A DNA stretch of 64,000 nucleotides, from the NCBI GenBank assembly GCA_040384325.1, contig JAZKJL010000002.1:3522-67521 (forward strand), in the 5' to 3' direction. This DNA comes from Gemmatimonadota bacterium. Its GTDB lineage: Bacteria > Gemmatimonadota > Gemmatimonadetes > Gemmatimonadales > Gemmatimonadaceae. Position numbers and translations under genes: made by a program. Positions 39,701-48,568 of this stretch are shown piece after piece (position 1 is the stretch's first letter; every line of letters begins with the position of its first letter). Below the pieces are notes generated by a model. The model was not told the DNA's origin and did not search any database. It saw only the letters and a program-made list of their open reading frames with translations.

Positions 39701-40423
39701 ACCTTCGCCGAGTTCGCGGCGGCTGATGCCGATGCGGTCCTGGGTGCTGCGGCAAAGACGGCGGTGCGCATCGGCGCCACCACCTTCGACCACATGCTGT
39801 TCCTGAACCGCAGCACACGCTTCGAGGCGCGTAGCCTGCCCGCCGCGGCGCAGTTGGCGCCGTCGTCGGGTGCGGTGGTGGCGGACTTCAACGGCGATGG
39901 TCGCGACGACGTGTTCCTGGCGCAGAATTTCTTCCCGACCGAGATCAACACGATGCGCTTCGACGCCGGCGCTGGATTGCTGCTGCTGGGTGATGGCGCC
40001 GGCGGCCTGGTGCCGCAGTCGGTGCGGGCGAGCGGCATCGCGATCCGCGGCGACATGCGCGGTGCAGCCGCGGCCGACTACGATGGTGACGGCAGGGTGG
40101 ATTTGGCGGTGTCGCAGAACGGCGCGGCGATGACGCTCTGGCACAACCAGCGTGCCACGCCCGGGCTCCGTCTGCGACTGCGTGGCAGCGCGGCGAACCC
40201 GCTGGCGATCGGTGCCCGCGTGCGTGTGCTCGGCACCGGCGTGGCGAGCGCGGTGCACGACGTGCGCGCCGGTGGAGGCGCGTGGTCGATGGATGCGACC
40301 ACGCTGGTGCTGGCGATGCCGGCGGGCGCGAGTGCGATCAGCGTGCGGTGGCCGGGTGGTGCGGAGCAGCGCATTCCAGTCGCCGCAGGGACGCGCGAGC
40401 TGGTGCTGACCGCGCCGCGCTGA
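36713..40423 (+). CDS. CRTAC1-like FG-GAP/VCBS repeat protein with two ASPIC/UnbV-like modules (about 1236 aa)
   Basis: Lipobox LLSCGG. Many DVDGDGxxDL repeats. Two UnbV-like segments (AVVTVRSGARPVQSREMTSGGYYLSGSD; ARVRVLGTGVASAVHDVRAGGGAWSMD). ATGA overlap with the upstream gene. Confidence 0.75.
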   Translation: MIGPMQRVRQLRWALRNVAAMALLSCGGPKVDTSWHQETGHRWRALAVSPRGEAGFEQLTASSTGLTHRNNIDVERGLANRGLLDGAGVALGDVDGDGLPEVVLASIEKPAALYHNDGDFEFTDVTAASGLDFTGLATTSVVLADVDGDRDLDLLAGTFGGPVALFTNDGRGHFSNVTSSSGLTGGYNATTMTLADVDGNGSLDLYVATYKTRNALDAYTPQQRAFDQVLKKVGDSVVVSAEWTKEYRVESRPDLGGFMRSQRAEPDLFFLNDGKGHFTATPISGDRFRDEAGRPLREVPDFFTLAARYYDMNGDGAPDLYVCNDLEDPDQFWLNDGRGNFRLAPPFALRVTSNTCMSVDMADVNRDGQVDLFTTDMLAPTLAAQQRSIPTHTPLQKPVGMSPERTQWMRNMLQVNRGDGTYAQVADFAGVTATDWTWGSAFLDVDLDGFEDLLTVNGHRYDVRAADPYDRIRNSFPRVAWNRESAEFPALHTRSIAFRNGGDLTFSDASQRWGFGVDTAISQGMALADLDGDGALDVVVTRMDAPSVVYRSTTSAPRISVRLRGAGANTHGIGAVVTVRSGARPVQSREMTSGGYYLSGSDAQLTFAAAADSSAEVQVRWRSGRVSTIRDARANRLYDIDERAAVAAPSISGDTATPLFSDATALLRGATHVDSLYADFRRQPLLPSRLSQLGPGVSWIDVDQDGSDDLLFGTGRGGRLSALRNVGGRFTAMSVTGDAQRYDLTTVLPVHDGAGGLRLLAGQSNYEADDAATALALPAVLSFGTGARIGAASALVSGDSASVGPMALGDVNGDGIPDLFVGARAIPGAWPLPSRSRLLLGDGRGAFSDDTVNRGAMSALGLVSSALFADLDDDGRPELVVTTEFGPVRVLHNDRGRLTDVTRAMGLGTASSRWNGISAGDFDGDGRLDLVATSWGRNTPWQASTDRPYTLLLARLDEQRLALLFARADSSTQREMPLDGLARLGAALPSVKATFGTFAEFAAADADAVLGAAAKTAVRIGATTFDHMLFLNRSTRFEARSLPAAAQLAPSSGAVVADFNGDGRDDVFLAQNFFPTEINTMRFDAGAGLLLLGDGAGGLVPQSVRASGIAIRGDMRGAAAADYDGDGRVDLAVSQNGAAMTLWHNQRATPGLRLRLRGSAANPLAIGARVRVLGTGVASAVHDVRAGGGAWSMDATTLVLAMPAGASAISVRWPGGAEQRIPVAAGTRELVLTAPR

Positions 40424-40451
40424 CGCGGCTACGGCGCCTGCTGCAGGCCGC

Positions 40452-41258
40452 TCAGCGTTTCTTGCCGCGGGGCGGGCCGGCGCGGGTCCAGATCACGATC
40501 ACACCGCAGCCCGCATTGCGCCCGGCATATTCGCCCGGCACGTCGGCCTGGCCCGTGTAGACTTCCAGCGCCTCGATGTCGCGGACGGCCACCGATGGCC
40601 CGAAGGAGTTGTTGACCACGTCGTCCACGACGTATTCCGGCGGGCAGCGCATGGGTGCCCGCGCCATGCGGATGCTGCATCCATGGCCGCCACCGCAATC
40701 GAGTTGCACGCCGCGCAGCGACCGGACGGCATCCTGCAGGTTCGCGGCACCGCTCTTCTCGATGTCCTCGCGCACGAGGTACTGGCCGGCGCCGGTCTTG
40801 CGCCGCCGCTCGAAGTTGGCGTAGCGCGGTCCCATGCTCGGCGTGGCGACCACGGTCACGCCGGACAGCTGTTGCACGCCTTGCGTCGGCGCGACGGGGC
40901 CCGGCGGTGGTGGCGCCGCCACGATGGTGGCCGAATCCAGTTCCACCCGGCGCTCCATCACCTCACGCTCGGCGAGCGCGATCACCAGCCCTTGCTGCGG
41001 GAAGCCCGGCACGCGGAAAAGGAAGCGCACGATGCCCGCCGGCAGCTTCTCGAAGCGGTAGGCGCCCACGGAGTCGGTGAGCATCGACTTGCCATCGAGC
41101 AGGTTGACGACCGTGACGCCGGCGATGGGCAGGCCGGTATGCTTGTCGACCACGGAACCGCTGAGCTTGCCGTCGCGCCGCTGGGCATCGGCTGCCGCGG
41201 GGACGGCGAGCAGGGCCAGCAGGGTCAGGAGCGGCGTGGCGCGGTGAAGGAATGGCAT
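40452..41258 (-). CDS. Barrel-less CarboxypepD_reg (x1) + Plug-like domain protein, paralog P3 (268 aa)
   Basis: Signal peptide. LSGSVVDKHTGLPIAGVTVVNL..., then FERRRKTGAGQYLVREDI...IEALEVYTG...CGVIVIWTR. Confidence 0.7.
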   Translation of the reverse strand: MPFLHRATPLLTLLALLAVPAAADAQRRDGKLSGSVVDKHTGLPIAGVTVVNLLDGKSMLTDSVGAYRFEKLPAGIVRFLFRVPGFPQQGLVIALAEREVMERRVELDSATIVAAPPPPGPVAPTQGVQQLSGVTVVATPSMGPRYANFERRRKTGAGQYLVREDIEKSGAANLQDAVRSLRGVQLDCGGGHGCSIRMARAPMRCPPEYVVDDVVNNSFGPSVAVRDIEALEVYTGQADVPGEYAGRNAGCGVIVIWTRAGPPRGKKR

Positions 41259-41613
41259 CGGTCGAGGTCGCCTCAGGCGCGGGTCTCCGACCGAATCGGC
41301 AGGAATGACCGGGTGCGCGCTGCCCTTATGAGTACGCGCACATACGCCATTGTGCCAGTTACAGTTCAGGTTCATACTGTGACACCGGCTCCTGCACGGT
41401 CGGCCAGTTTCTGGTCGACCGCACCTGTTGCTGACTCAACACGAACGACTCCCCTTCGCGCGGCGAGGGGGAGGTGCGACCACATCCAACGACAGGAGAC
41501 CCCACTGTCCTTTCGCTCGTGTGCTGGTGCCCCGCTGGTCCAAGGCTTCGAGACCAATACGCCGGGCACCCGAATTTTGTTGCAGTTCCCTTTCCACTCC
41601 CCGAGGTAACGAA

Positions 41614-44600
41614 ATGGATGGTGTCCTGAACCGAAGGTCTCTTCGCCTCGCCGCAGCAGTTGCGGCGATCGCACTGGGGGCCAGCGTTGCAGAAGCGCAG
41701 TCCGCAATCTTCACGGGCAAGGTCAGCTCCGAGGGTCGCCCGCTGGGCGGCGCCAGCGTGGGCATTCCCGAGATCGGTGCCGGCACGATCACGAGCACCG
41801 ACGGCCGTTACAGCTTCACCGTCGACCTGTCGCGCTACAACGCGCGCTCCGTGAACCTCGTGGTGCGTTTCATCGGCTACAAGCCGAAGCGCCTGCCGAT
41901 CACGCTGGCGGCTGGTCGCGTGGAAAAGGACTACGAGCTCGAGCGCGACATCCTGAACCTCGACCAGGTCGTGGTGACGGGTGTGAACTCCGAGACGTCG
42001 CAGAAGAAGACCGCCTTCGCGGTCGCGGTGGTGGATCAGAGCTCGATCAAGGAAGTGCCGGCGATCTCGCCGGTGGGCAGCCTGGCCGGCCGAGTCGCCG
42101 GTGCCAGCGTGACGCAGGTCTCGGGCTCTCCCGGTGCTGAGCCGGCAATCCGTCTGCGCTCCGCGACCTCGCTCGGTGGCAGCCAGGATCCGCTGATCAT
42201 CGTCGACGGCACGATCACGCGCCTCGGCCTGGCGGACATCAACTCCCAGGACATCGATCGGGTCGAAGTCATCAAGGGCGCGGCCGCCAGCTCGCTGTAC
42301 GGATCCGATGCCGCCAACGGCGTGATCCAGATCTTCACCAAGCGCGGTGCGAACCTGGCCGAAGGGCAGGTGAACTTCACGTTCCGCAACGAGTTCGGGC
42401 AGAGCTTCCTGCCGAAGAAGGTCGGCCTCAACACCTCGACCGCCTTCCAGCTCGATCCGAGCAACACCACCGGCCTGTCGAAGGGCTTCAAGCTCGATGG
42501 CAACGGCCAGCGCATCGCGGAACTGGATGGCATCTCGGACAACGCCTATCCGTTCGTGTACGACGCGCTGGATGCGGTGTTCAAGCCCGGCACGACGATG
42601 AGCAACTACATCTCGCTCGGCCAGCGTCGGGGCGGCACCAACTTCAACGCCTCGATCCAGAACATCCAGGAAACGGGCGTCCTGACGCAGCTCAACGGCT
42701 ACAGCCGCCAGAACTTCCGCATCAACGTGGACCAGGTCCTGAACGACAAGATCAACCTGTCCACCGGCATGTTCTACGGCCGGTCGAGCAACGACCAGAC
42801 GGATGAAGGCGCGCTGTTCTTCGGCATCCGCTTCCTGGAGCCGAACATCGACATCACCGCCAACAACCCCGATGGCTCGCCGTACGTGGCCGCGATCCGT
42901 CAGCCGCCCTCGTCGGGCAACCTGTCGAACCCGCTCTACCAGCTGGCGAACCAGACGCGCGAGAACGACCGCAACCGGTTCACCGGCACGCTGAAGCTGA
43001 ACTACCGCCCGCTCACCTGGCTGACGGCGGAAGGCAACTTCAACTACGACCAGTCGTCGTCGAACCGGAAGAACTTCACGCCGATCGGCTTCCTCGGCTC
43101 CACCGGCACGCAGGGCACGGGTGACCTGCTCCAGGAGCTGATCAACAACCGTGCGTTCAACACCGGCGCCACGCTGACGGCGGTGCGCACGATCGGCACC
43201 TGGCTGACCAACACCACCAAGCTGGCCACGGTGATCGAGGACCAGGAGTACAACCGCCTGACCCTCAACGCCACCAAGCTGGGTGTGACGGGTGTGACGG
43301 AGTTCGGTGCCTCGCTGGATCGCACCGCCAACATTCCGGGCTCGGAGTCGCGTACGATCCGCAACCGGAACTACTTCGCGATCACGACCTTCGACATCAA
43401 GGACCGCTACATCATCGACGGCCTGGTGCGTCGTGACCAGTCGTCGCTGTTCGGTGCCGCCAACCGCAGCGCGACATATGTCCGCGCTTCCGGTGCCTGG
43501 CGCTTCACCGAGGACTTCAAGGTCCCGGGCGTCGACGAAGGCAAGCTCCGCCTGTCGTATGGCACGGCCGGCCTCCGTCCGCGCTTCGACTCGCAGTACG
43601 AGACGTTCGACGTCAGTGGCGGCAGCCCGCAGAAGGTGACGCTGGGCAACCCGAACCTGAAGCCGGCCTTCTCGCAGGAGACGGAAGGCGGGTTCAACCT
43701 GAACTTCCTCAAGAACTACAGCTTCGAATACAGCTACTCGAAGAAGAACACGCGCGACCAGATCCTGCTGGTGCCGACGTCCTCGGGCTCGGGCTACCAG
43801 AACACCTGGGTCAACGCCGCCACGCTCGACGGCAACACGCATGAAGTGGCGTTCGGCGCCGTGCTGGCCTCGCGCAAGGACTTCTTCTGGCGCCTGAACG
43901 TGACGGGTGACCGCACCCGCACGCGCATCTCGGAACTGAACGTCGGCCCGTACCTCGTCGGCCCCGACCCGAACGATGGCAACACGCGCATCTTCCGCGT
44001 GGCGCCAAACCAGACCTTCGGCATCATCTACGGCTCGACCTGGATCCAGACGCCGGAACAGCTGGCGACCAACCTGGCCAACGGCAAGCTGACCGGCACC
44101 GCCGCCGACTACCGTGTGAACGAGCTGGGTTACTACGTCGCCAACTCGGCCTACGGCACCATCAACGAGAAGCCGCTCAAGTTCTTCGACGCCACCGGCA
44201 ATGCACTGCAGCCGATCGGCGACGTGAACCCCGACTTCACGATGGGCTTCGCCAATACGATCCAGTACAAGGGGCTGTCGCTGAACGGCATCGTGACCTG
44301 GCAGAAGGGTGGCCAGATCTACAACTACACCCGCCAGTGGCCGTACAACGAACTCCGCGACACCGACATGGACCAGCGCAACGTCCCAGTCGCCGAGCGC
44401 AAGCCGCAGCAGTTCTTCACCACGTTCTACAACAACTTCGACCCCAACAGCCGCTTCGTCGAAGACGGCGGGTTCATCCGCCTGCGCGAGCTGGCCGTGA
44501 ACTACCAGGTGCCGAAGTCGTTCATGAACGCCATCCGCATGGGTGCCTTCGAGACGGCCCGTGTCGGCGTCGTGGGCCGCAACCTGTGGACGAAGACGAA

Positions 44601-44727
44601 GTACTCGGGTTATGACCCCGACGTGACCGGCCCGGGCGGCGATGGCAGCCCGTTCGGCTACCGCGTGGACTACTTCACGTATCCCGCGTATCGCACCTTC
44701 ACGTTCATGGTCGAACTCGGCTACTAA
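41614..44727 (+). CDS. SusC/RagA-family TonB-dependent outer-membrane receptor (locus 3, 1037 aa)
   Basis: Signal peptide, CarboxypepD_reg (FTGKVSSEGRPLGGASVGIPE), LDQVVVTG, plug (VIKGAAASSLYGSDAANGVIQIFTKRG), barrel, terminal Y. Confidence 0.9.
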   Translation: MDGVLNRRSLRLAAAVAAIALGASVAEAQSAIFTGKVSSEGRPLGGASVGIPEIGAGTITSTDGRYSFTVDLSRYNARSVNLVVRFIGYKPKRLPITLAAGRVEKDYELERDILNLDQVVVTGVNSETSQKKTAFAVAVVDQSSIKEVPAISPVGSLAGRVAGASVTQVSGSPGAEPAIRLRSATSLGGSQDPLIIVDGTITRLGLADINSQDIDRVEVIKGAAASSLYGSDAANGVIQIFTKRGANLAEGQVNFTFRNEFGQSFLPKKVGLNTSTAFQLDPSNTTGLSKGFKLDGNGQRIAELDGISDNAYPFVYDALDAVFKPGTTMSNYISLGQRRGGTNFNASIQNIQETGVLTQLNGYSRQNFRINVDQVLNDKINLSTGMFYGRSSNDQTDEGALFFGIRFLEPNIDITANNPDGSPYVAAIRQPPSSGNLSNPLYQLANQTRENDRNRFTGTLKLNYRPLTWLTAEGNFNYDQSSSNRKNFTPIGFLGSTGTQGTGDLLQELINNRAFNTGATLTAVRTIGTWLTNTTKLATVIEDQEYNRLTLNATKLGVTGVTEFGASLDRTANIPGSESRTIRNRNYFAITTFDIKDRYIIDGLVRRDQSSLFGAANRSATYVRASGAWRFTEDFKVPGVDEGKLRLSYGTAGLRPRFDSQYETFDVSGGSPQKVTLGNPNLKPAFSQETEGGFNLNFLKNYSFEYSYSKKNTRDQILLVPTSSGSGYQNTWVNAATLDGNTHEVAFGAVLASRKDFFWRLNVTGDRTRTRISELNVGPYLVGPDPNDGNTRIFRVAPNQTFGIIYGSTWIQTPEQLATNLANGKLTGTAADYRVNELGYYVANSAYGTINEKPLKFFDATGNALQPIGDVNPDFTMGFANTIQYKGLSLNGIVTWQKGGQIYNYTRQWPYNELRDTDMDQRNVPVAERKPQQFFTTFYNNFDPNSRFVEDGGFIRLRELAVNYQVPKSFMNAIRMGAFETARVGVVGRNLWTKTKYSGYDPDVTGPGGDGSPFGYRVDYFTYPAYRTFTFMVELGY

Positions 44728-44753
44728 CCCACGCCTCAACAGGATCTGACTAG

Positions 44754-46316
44754 ATGATGATGACCCGATATCTGCGAGCGAGCGGCGTGCTGGCGGCCCT
44801 GGTGCTGGCCAGCTGCGGCTCCCTCGAAGTGGAGAATCCCAACGCCCCGGACGCGAAGCGCGCGCTGAGCGATCCGGCGGCCATCGAGGCGGTGGCTGGT
44901 GGCACCCTGCGCACGTGGTACAACACGTTCGAGGGCTGCGAGGGGAACTGCGTGCTGGTGACGCAGGCCCAGTCGTTCTCCGCCTCGTGGAACAACTGGA
45001 ACATGAACTTCTACTCCGGCCTCGACGCCGACGGCAAGCGCCTGACGCGCTCATGGCAGAACGACCCGGCCGCGGCCGGCCGGACGAGCATCGAGATTCC
45101 GTGGGGCGGCATGTACTCCACGATCTCGTCGGCGGTGGACGTGCTGAAGGCGATCCGTGTGGACAACACGGTGATCAACAACGTCGCCGACACCAAGCGC
45201 GCCGAGGCCGTCTCCGAGCTGATGCTCGGCGCGGCGCTGAGCTACATCGCGCTGAACTACGACAAGGGCTACATCGTCGACGAAACGGTGGACGTGACGG
45301 CCCTCGAGTATTCGAACCGCAAGCAGATGCGCGACGCGGCGATCGCCAAGCTGCAGTCGGCGGCCACCATCGCCGGCGCGAACGTGTTCACCACGCCGGC
45401 GGCGTGGACCAACGGCCGCAGCTACACCAACGTGCAGATCCGCCAGCTGGCCAACACGCTGTCGGCGATCACGCTGGCGTACTATCCGCGCAACGCGGCG
45501 GAGAACGCACAGGTGAGCTGGGCCCAGGTGCTGACGTACACCGGTGGCGGCATGTCGAGCGGCACGCCGTTCGACTTCGTCTTCATCGGCGACGGCTGCG
45601 TTTCGTTCTGTCCGCAGATCCTGACCTGGTTCGACGACTTCAGCACCGGTCGCGTGCACACCCGCGTGGCCAACCTGCTGGATCCGGCCACCCAGGCCAC
45701 CCCGTGGCCGCTATCGGGCAACCCGGTTCCGAACTCGCCGGACAAGCGCCTCGGCGACGGCTCGTTCGGTGACGAGAGCATCGTGGACGGCTTCGGCACC
45801 AACCCGAAGACGGCCAACGGTGGCACCGACTTCGTGTACTCGCGCGACGCGATCTTCCGCCCCGACCGCGGCTCGTACCACCAGTCGAACATCGGCTTCG
45901 TGCGCTTCGACCTCACCGGGCTGCAGGATCCGTCGGGCATCTGGTCGGGCTTCGGCCCGGCGCCGGTGATCACGGCCACGCAGAACGACCTGCTGCGCGC
46001 AGAGGCGCTCATCCGCACCGGCGACCTGGCCAGTGCGGTGACGCTGATCAACCGCACGCGTGTGACGCGCGGCGGCCTGCCGGCTGCTTCGGCGGCCGAT
46101 GGCGTGGCAGGACTGATCGCCAAGATGGGCTACGAGAACGAGATCGAGCTGATGGGCCTGGGCGCCGCGCCGTACTACTGGCGTCGCCGGACCGATGGCC
46201 TGATCGAGGGCACGCCGCGCGAAATGCCGGTGCCGGCGAAGGAACTCGGCGTGAAGGGCGAGGCGCTCTACACGTGGGGCGGGACGGGCCCGGCCAACTC
46301 GCCGACGCCTCCCTGA
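44754..46316 (+). CDS. SusD/RagB-family outer-membrane lipoprotein (locus 3, 520 aa)
   Basis: Lipobox LVLASC, position after SusC, and C-terminal NRTRVTRGGLP...YENEIELMGLGAAPYYWRRR, typical of SusD-like proteins. Confidence 0.8.
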   Translation: MMMTRYLRASGVLAALVLASCGSLEVENPNAPDAKRALSDPAAIEAVAGGTLRTWYNTFEGCEGNCVLVTQAQSFSASWNNWNMNFYSGLDADGKRLTRSWQNDPAAAGRTSIEIPWGGMYSTISSAVDVLKAIRVDNTVINNVADTKRAEAVSELMLGAALSYIALNYDKGYIVDETVDVTALEYSNRKQMRDAAIAKLQSAATIAGANVFTTPAAWTNGRSYTNVQIRQLANTLSAITLAYYPRNAAENAQVSWAQVLTYTGGGMSSGTPFDFVFIGDGCVSFCPQILTWFDDFSTGRVHTRVANLLDPATQATPWPLSGNPVPNSPDKRLGDGSFGDESIVDGFGTNPKTANGGTDFVYSRDAIFRPDRGSYHQSNIGFVRFDLTGLQDPSGIWSGFGPAPVITATQNDLLRAEALIRTGDLASAVTLINRTRVTRGGLPAASAADGVAGLIAKMGYENEIELMGLGAAPYYWRRRTDGLIEGTPREMPVPAKELGVKGEALYTWGGTGPANSPTPP

Positions 46317-46331
46317 TTCACTGAAGGGCGC

Positions 46332-46382
46332 ACGAACAAACGGCGGGGACAGGATTGCATCCTGTCCCCGCCGTTTGTTCGT
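46332..46382. repeat. Perfect 24-bp-stem palindromic hairpin (candidate terminator / REP-like unit 1)
   Basis: ACGAACAAACGGCGGGGACAGGAT-TGC-ATCCTGTCCCCGCCGTTTGTTCGT, starting 16 nt after the SusD stop. Confidence 0.8.
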
Positions 46383-46400
46383 GTGTGGCTGCGTGAAACG

Positions 46401-46433
46401 ACAGGGGGACAGGATGAAATCCTGTCCCCCTGT
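46401..46433. repeat. Second palindromic hairpin sharing the GGGGACAGGAT core (REP-like unit 2)
   Basis: ACAGGGGGACAGGAT-GAA-ATCCTGTCCCCCTGT. It has the same 11-nt core arm as unit 1. Confidence 0.8.
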
Positions 46434-46567
46434 CTGTGTGCGCACGGCGTCGCCCGGGGGAGAAGCCTGCAACGCACGACGTACCACACTCCAGAGCCAG
46501 GCCCGCCCAGCGGACGATGGACGTGGGACGCTGGTGACAGCCGAGTCTGTCTCTGGAGGCGGTAGTC

Positions 46568-46663
46568 GGGGTCGTACGGTCGAACGGTCGAACGGGTCGA
46601 TCGGGGTCGATCGCGTCGTTCAGGGTCGTTCGGGTCTTTCAGGGGTCTTTCAGGGGTCGATCA
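46568..46663. repeat. Degenerate short tandem array, about 10 units of consensus GGGTCGWWC(A)
   Basis: Units read directly: GGGGTCGTAC GGTCGAAC GGTCGAAC GGGTCGATC GGGGTCGATC GCGTCGTTCA GGGTCGTTC GGGTCTTTCA GGGGTCTTTCA GGGGTCGATCA. Confidence 0.75.
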
Positions 46664-46962
46664 GAGTGGCGCTGCAGGTCGCTGGGTCGGGAGTCTCCAG
46701 GAGGAGGTCACGAGCTCGTGCATTCCGTGCCCACTAGTCTGGCAGGGGATGGACCATTCCGCGCCAGCGTCGCTAATCCGTTGTGAATGAACGGGTTGCG
46801 CCGTGGCATCGAACCGCACGGCGGGCGGCGTCCCGAGCGTTTCGCGAGAGTTCAGGCGAACTGCGGTGGTGCTGGAGCGGCGCGCGGGCCCGCCATGCGT
46901 GCCGCTGTGCCGCGGCAGCCGCCTGACGCATTGGTGCAGTGCAATCGAGACCCGCGGCCTCG

Positions 46963-48504
46963 CTATTTCGGCGCTTCTTCCCGCGGGAAGAGCCCGTCAC
47001 CTTTTGTCACGCGCCAGCCGGCCGCATCGACCGGTGACAGCGTCGGCCAGCGGCGCTGATGCACGTCACCAGGCGCGCCCAGCGTCGCCCAGAGCGCCTG
47101 TGCCTTGGTCGGCATGAACGGCGCGATCGCGATCGCCTGACGCGCCAGCGAGCGCCCCAGTGTACCCAGCACGGCCAGCAGCGCGTCGCGCTGCTCGGGC
47201 ACCTTGGCCAGCGCCCACGGCTGCGACGACTGCACGTATTCGTTGGCGCGCGCGGTGGTGCGCCAGATGGCGGCAAGACCGTCGTGCAGCAGGTATCCGC
47301 GCGAGCCATCCATGGCCGCTGCGGCATCGCGCAGGTCGGCCAGGTCAGCGGCGTCGACGTCGCCATCCGGCGCCGGCGGGATGATGCCGTCGTTGTACTT
47401 CTCGATCATCGACGTGACGCGGCTGGCCAGGTTGCCGAAGGCGTTGGCGAGGTCGGAGTTGTATCGCTCGCCGAAGCGCTCCCACGAGAAGCTGCCATCG
47501 CCGTCGAACGGGATCTCGCGCATCAGGAAGTAGCGGAACGCATCGGATCCGAAGCGGTCGATGGCCTCGCCGAGGTCGAGCTTCACGCCGGCGCTCTTGC
47601 TGAAGCGTTCACCGCCCAGCAGCACGAAGCCATGTCCCCACACCCGTTCCGCCAGCGGCAGTTCGGCCGCCATCAGCATCGCCGGCCAGATCACGCAGTG
47701 GAACCGCGTGATGTCCTTGCCGATCACGTGCAGCTGCGCCGGCCAGCGCGCGTCCCATCCGGCAGCGTCGGGGAAGCCGGTGCCAGTGAGGTAGTTCGGC
47801 AGCGCATCGAACCACACGTAGGTGGCCTGCTCCTGCCCATCGCCGGTGGGACGCGGGAACGGCACCGCCCACGAGTTGCGCGACCGGCTGGCCGACACGT
47901 CCTCGAGCCCGACGTCGAGCAGGCCGAGGATCTCGTTGCGGCGGCTGGACGGCTGGATGAAGTCCGGCGTCGTCTCGATCAGTGCACGCAGGCGATCGGC
48001 GTAGGCGGAGAGGCGGAAGAACCAGTTTCGCTCCTCCACCCACTCCAGCACCCGCGTCGGATGCAGCACGCAGTGCCCGTCCACGATCTCCGCGTCGGTC
48101 TTGAATGACTCGCAGCCCACGCAATACCAGCCGGCGTAGCTCTTTTCGTAGAACGCGTCCGGCGTGCGCTCGAAGATGCGCGTGATCAGCGCCTGCACAC
48201 CGGCCTTGTGCTCCGCCGACGTGGTGCGGATGAACTGGTCGTTCGAGATCTGCAGCGTGGTCCACATCGCCTGGAAGTGGCCCGCGATCTTGTCCACGAA
48301 GGCCTGCTCCGAGATGCCGGCGGCGGCCGCGGTCTGCGCCACCTTCTGGCCGTGCTCGTCCATGCCGATCATGAAGTGCACGTCGTGGCCGAGCTGTCGA
48401 TGCACCCGCGCGATCACGTCGGCGCCGATCTTCTCGAAGGCATGCCCGATGTGCGGGTCACCATTCGCGTAGTCGATGGCGGTGGTGATGTAGAAGCGCG
48501 ACAC
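46963..48504 (-). CDS. metG: Methionine--tRNA ligase (short form without C-terminal tRNA-binding domain)
   Basis: HIGH motif DPHIGHAFE, zinc-knuckle region WYCVGCESF...GHCVLH, KMSKS-like FSKSAG. Confidence 0.95.
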   Translation of the reverse strand: MSRFYITTAIDYANGDPHIGHAFEKIGADVIARVHRQLGHDVHFMIGMDEHGQKVAQTAAAAGISEQAFVDKIAGHFQAMWTTLQISNDQFIRTTSAEHKAGVQALITRIFERTPDAFYEKSYAGWYCVGCESFKTDAEIVDGHCVLHPTRVLEWVEERNWFFRLSAYADRLRALIETTPDFIQPSSRRNEILGLLDVGLEDVSASRSRNSWAVPFPRPTGDGQEQATYVWFDALPNYLTGTGFPDAAGWDARWPAQLHVIGKDITRFHCVIWPAMLMAAELPLAERVWGHGFVLLGGERFSKSAGVKLDLGEAIDRFGSDAFRYFLMREIPFDGDGSFSWERFGERYNSDLANAFGNLASRVTSMIEKYNDGIIPPAPDGDVDAADLADLRDAAAAMDGSRGYLLHDGLAAIWRTTARANEYVQSSQPWALAKVPEQRDALLAVLGTLGRSLARQAIAIAPFMPTKAQALWATLGAPGDVHQRRWPTLSPVDAAGWRVTKGDGLFPREEAPK

Positions 48505-48568
48505 GTCTGGTTCGTTGGGGTGCGATGCTGCCCTGACGCGCGACCGCAGTCACACGCCTGATGGCAAT

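Noticed and set aside
46664-46962. I looked for tmRNA, RNase P RNA, SRP RNA or a tRNA in the unassigned part of the long spacer. A TTCGAT-containing segment near 46806-46830 resembles a T-loop.
   Set aside because: The flanking bases do not form a T-stem or acceptor stem, and none of the conserved motifs is present: the RNase P GAGGAAAGUCC box, the SRP GGAAGCAGC box, or the tmRNA 3' tRNA-like end with CCA. No call can be made without a covariance-model scan.
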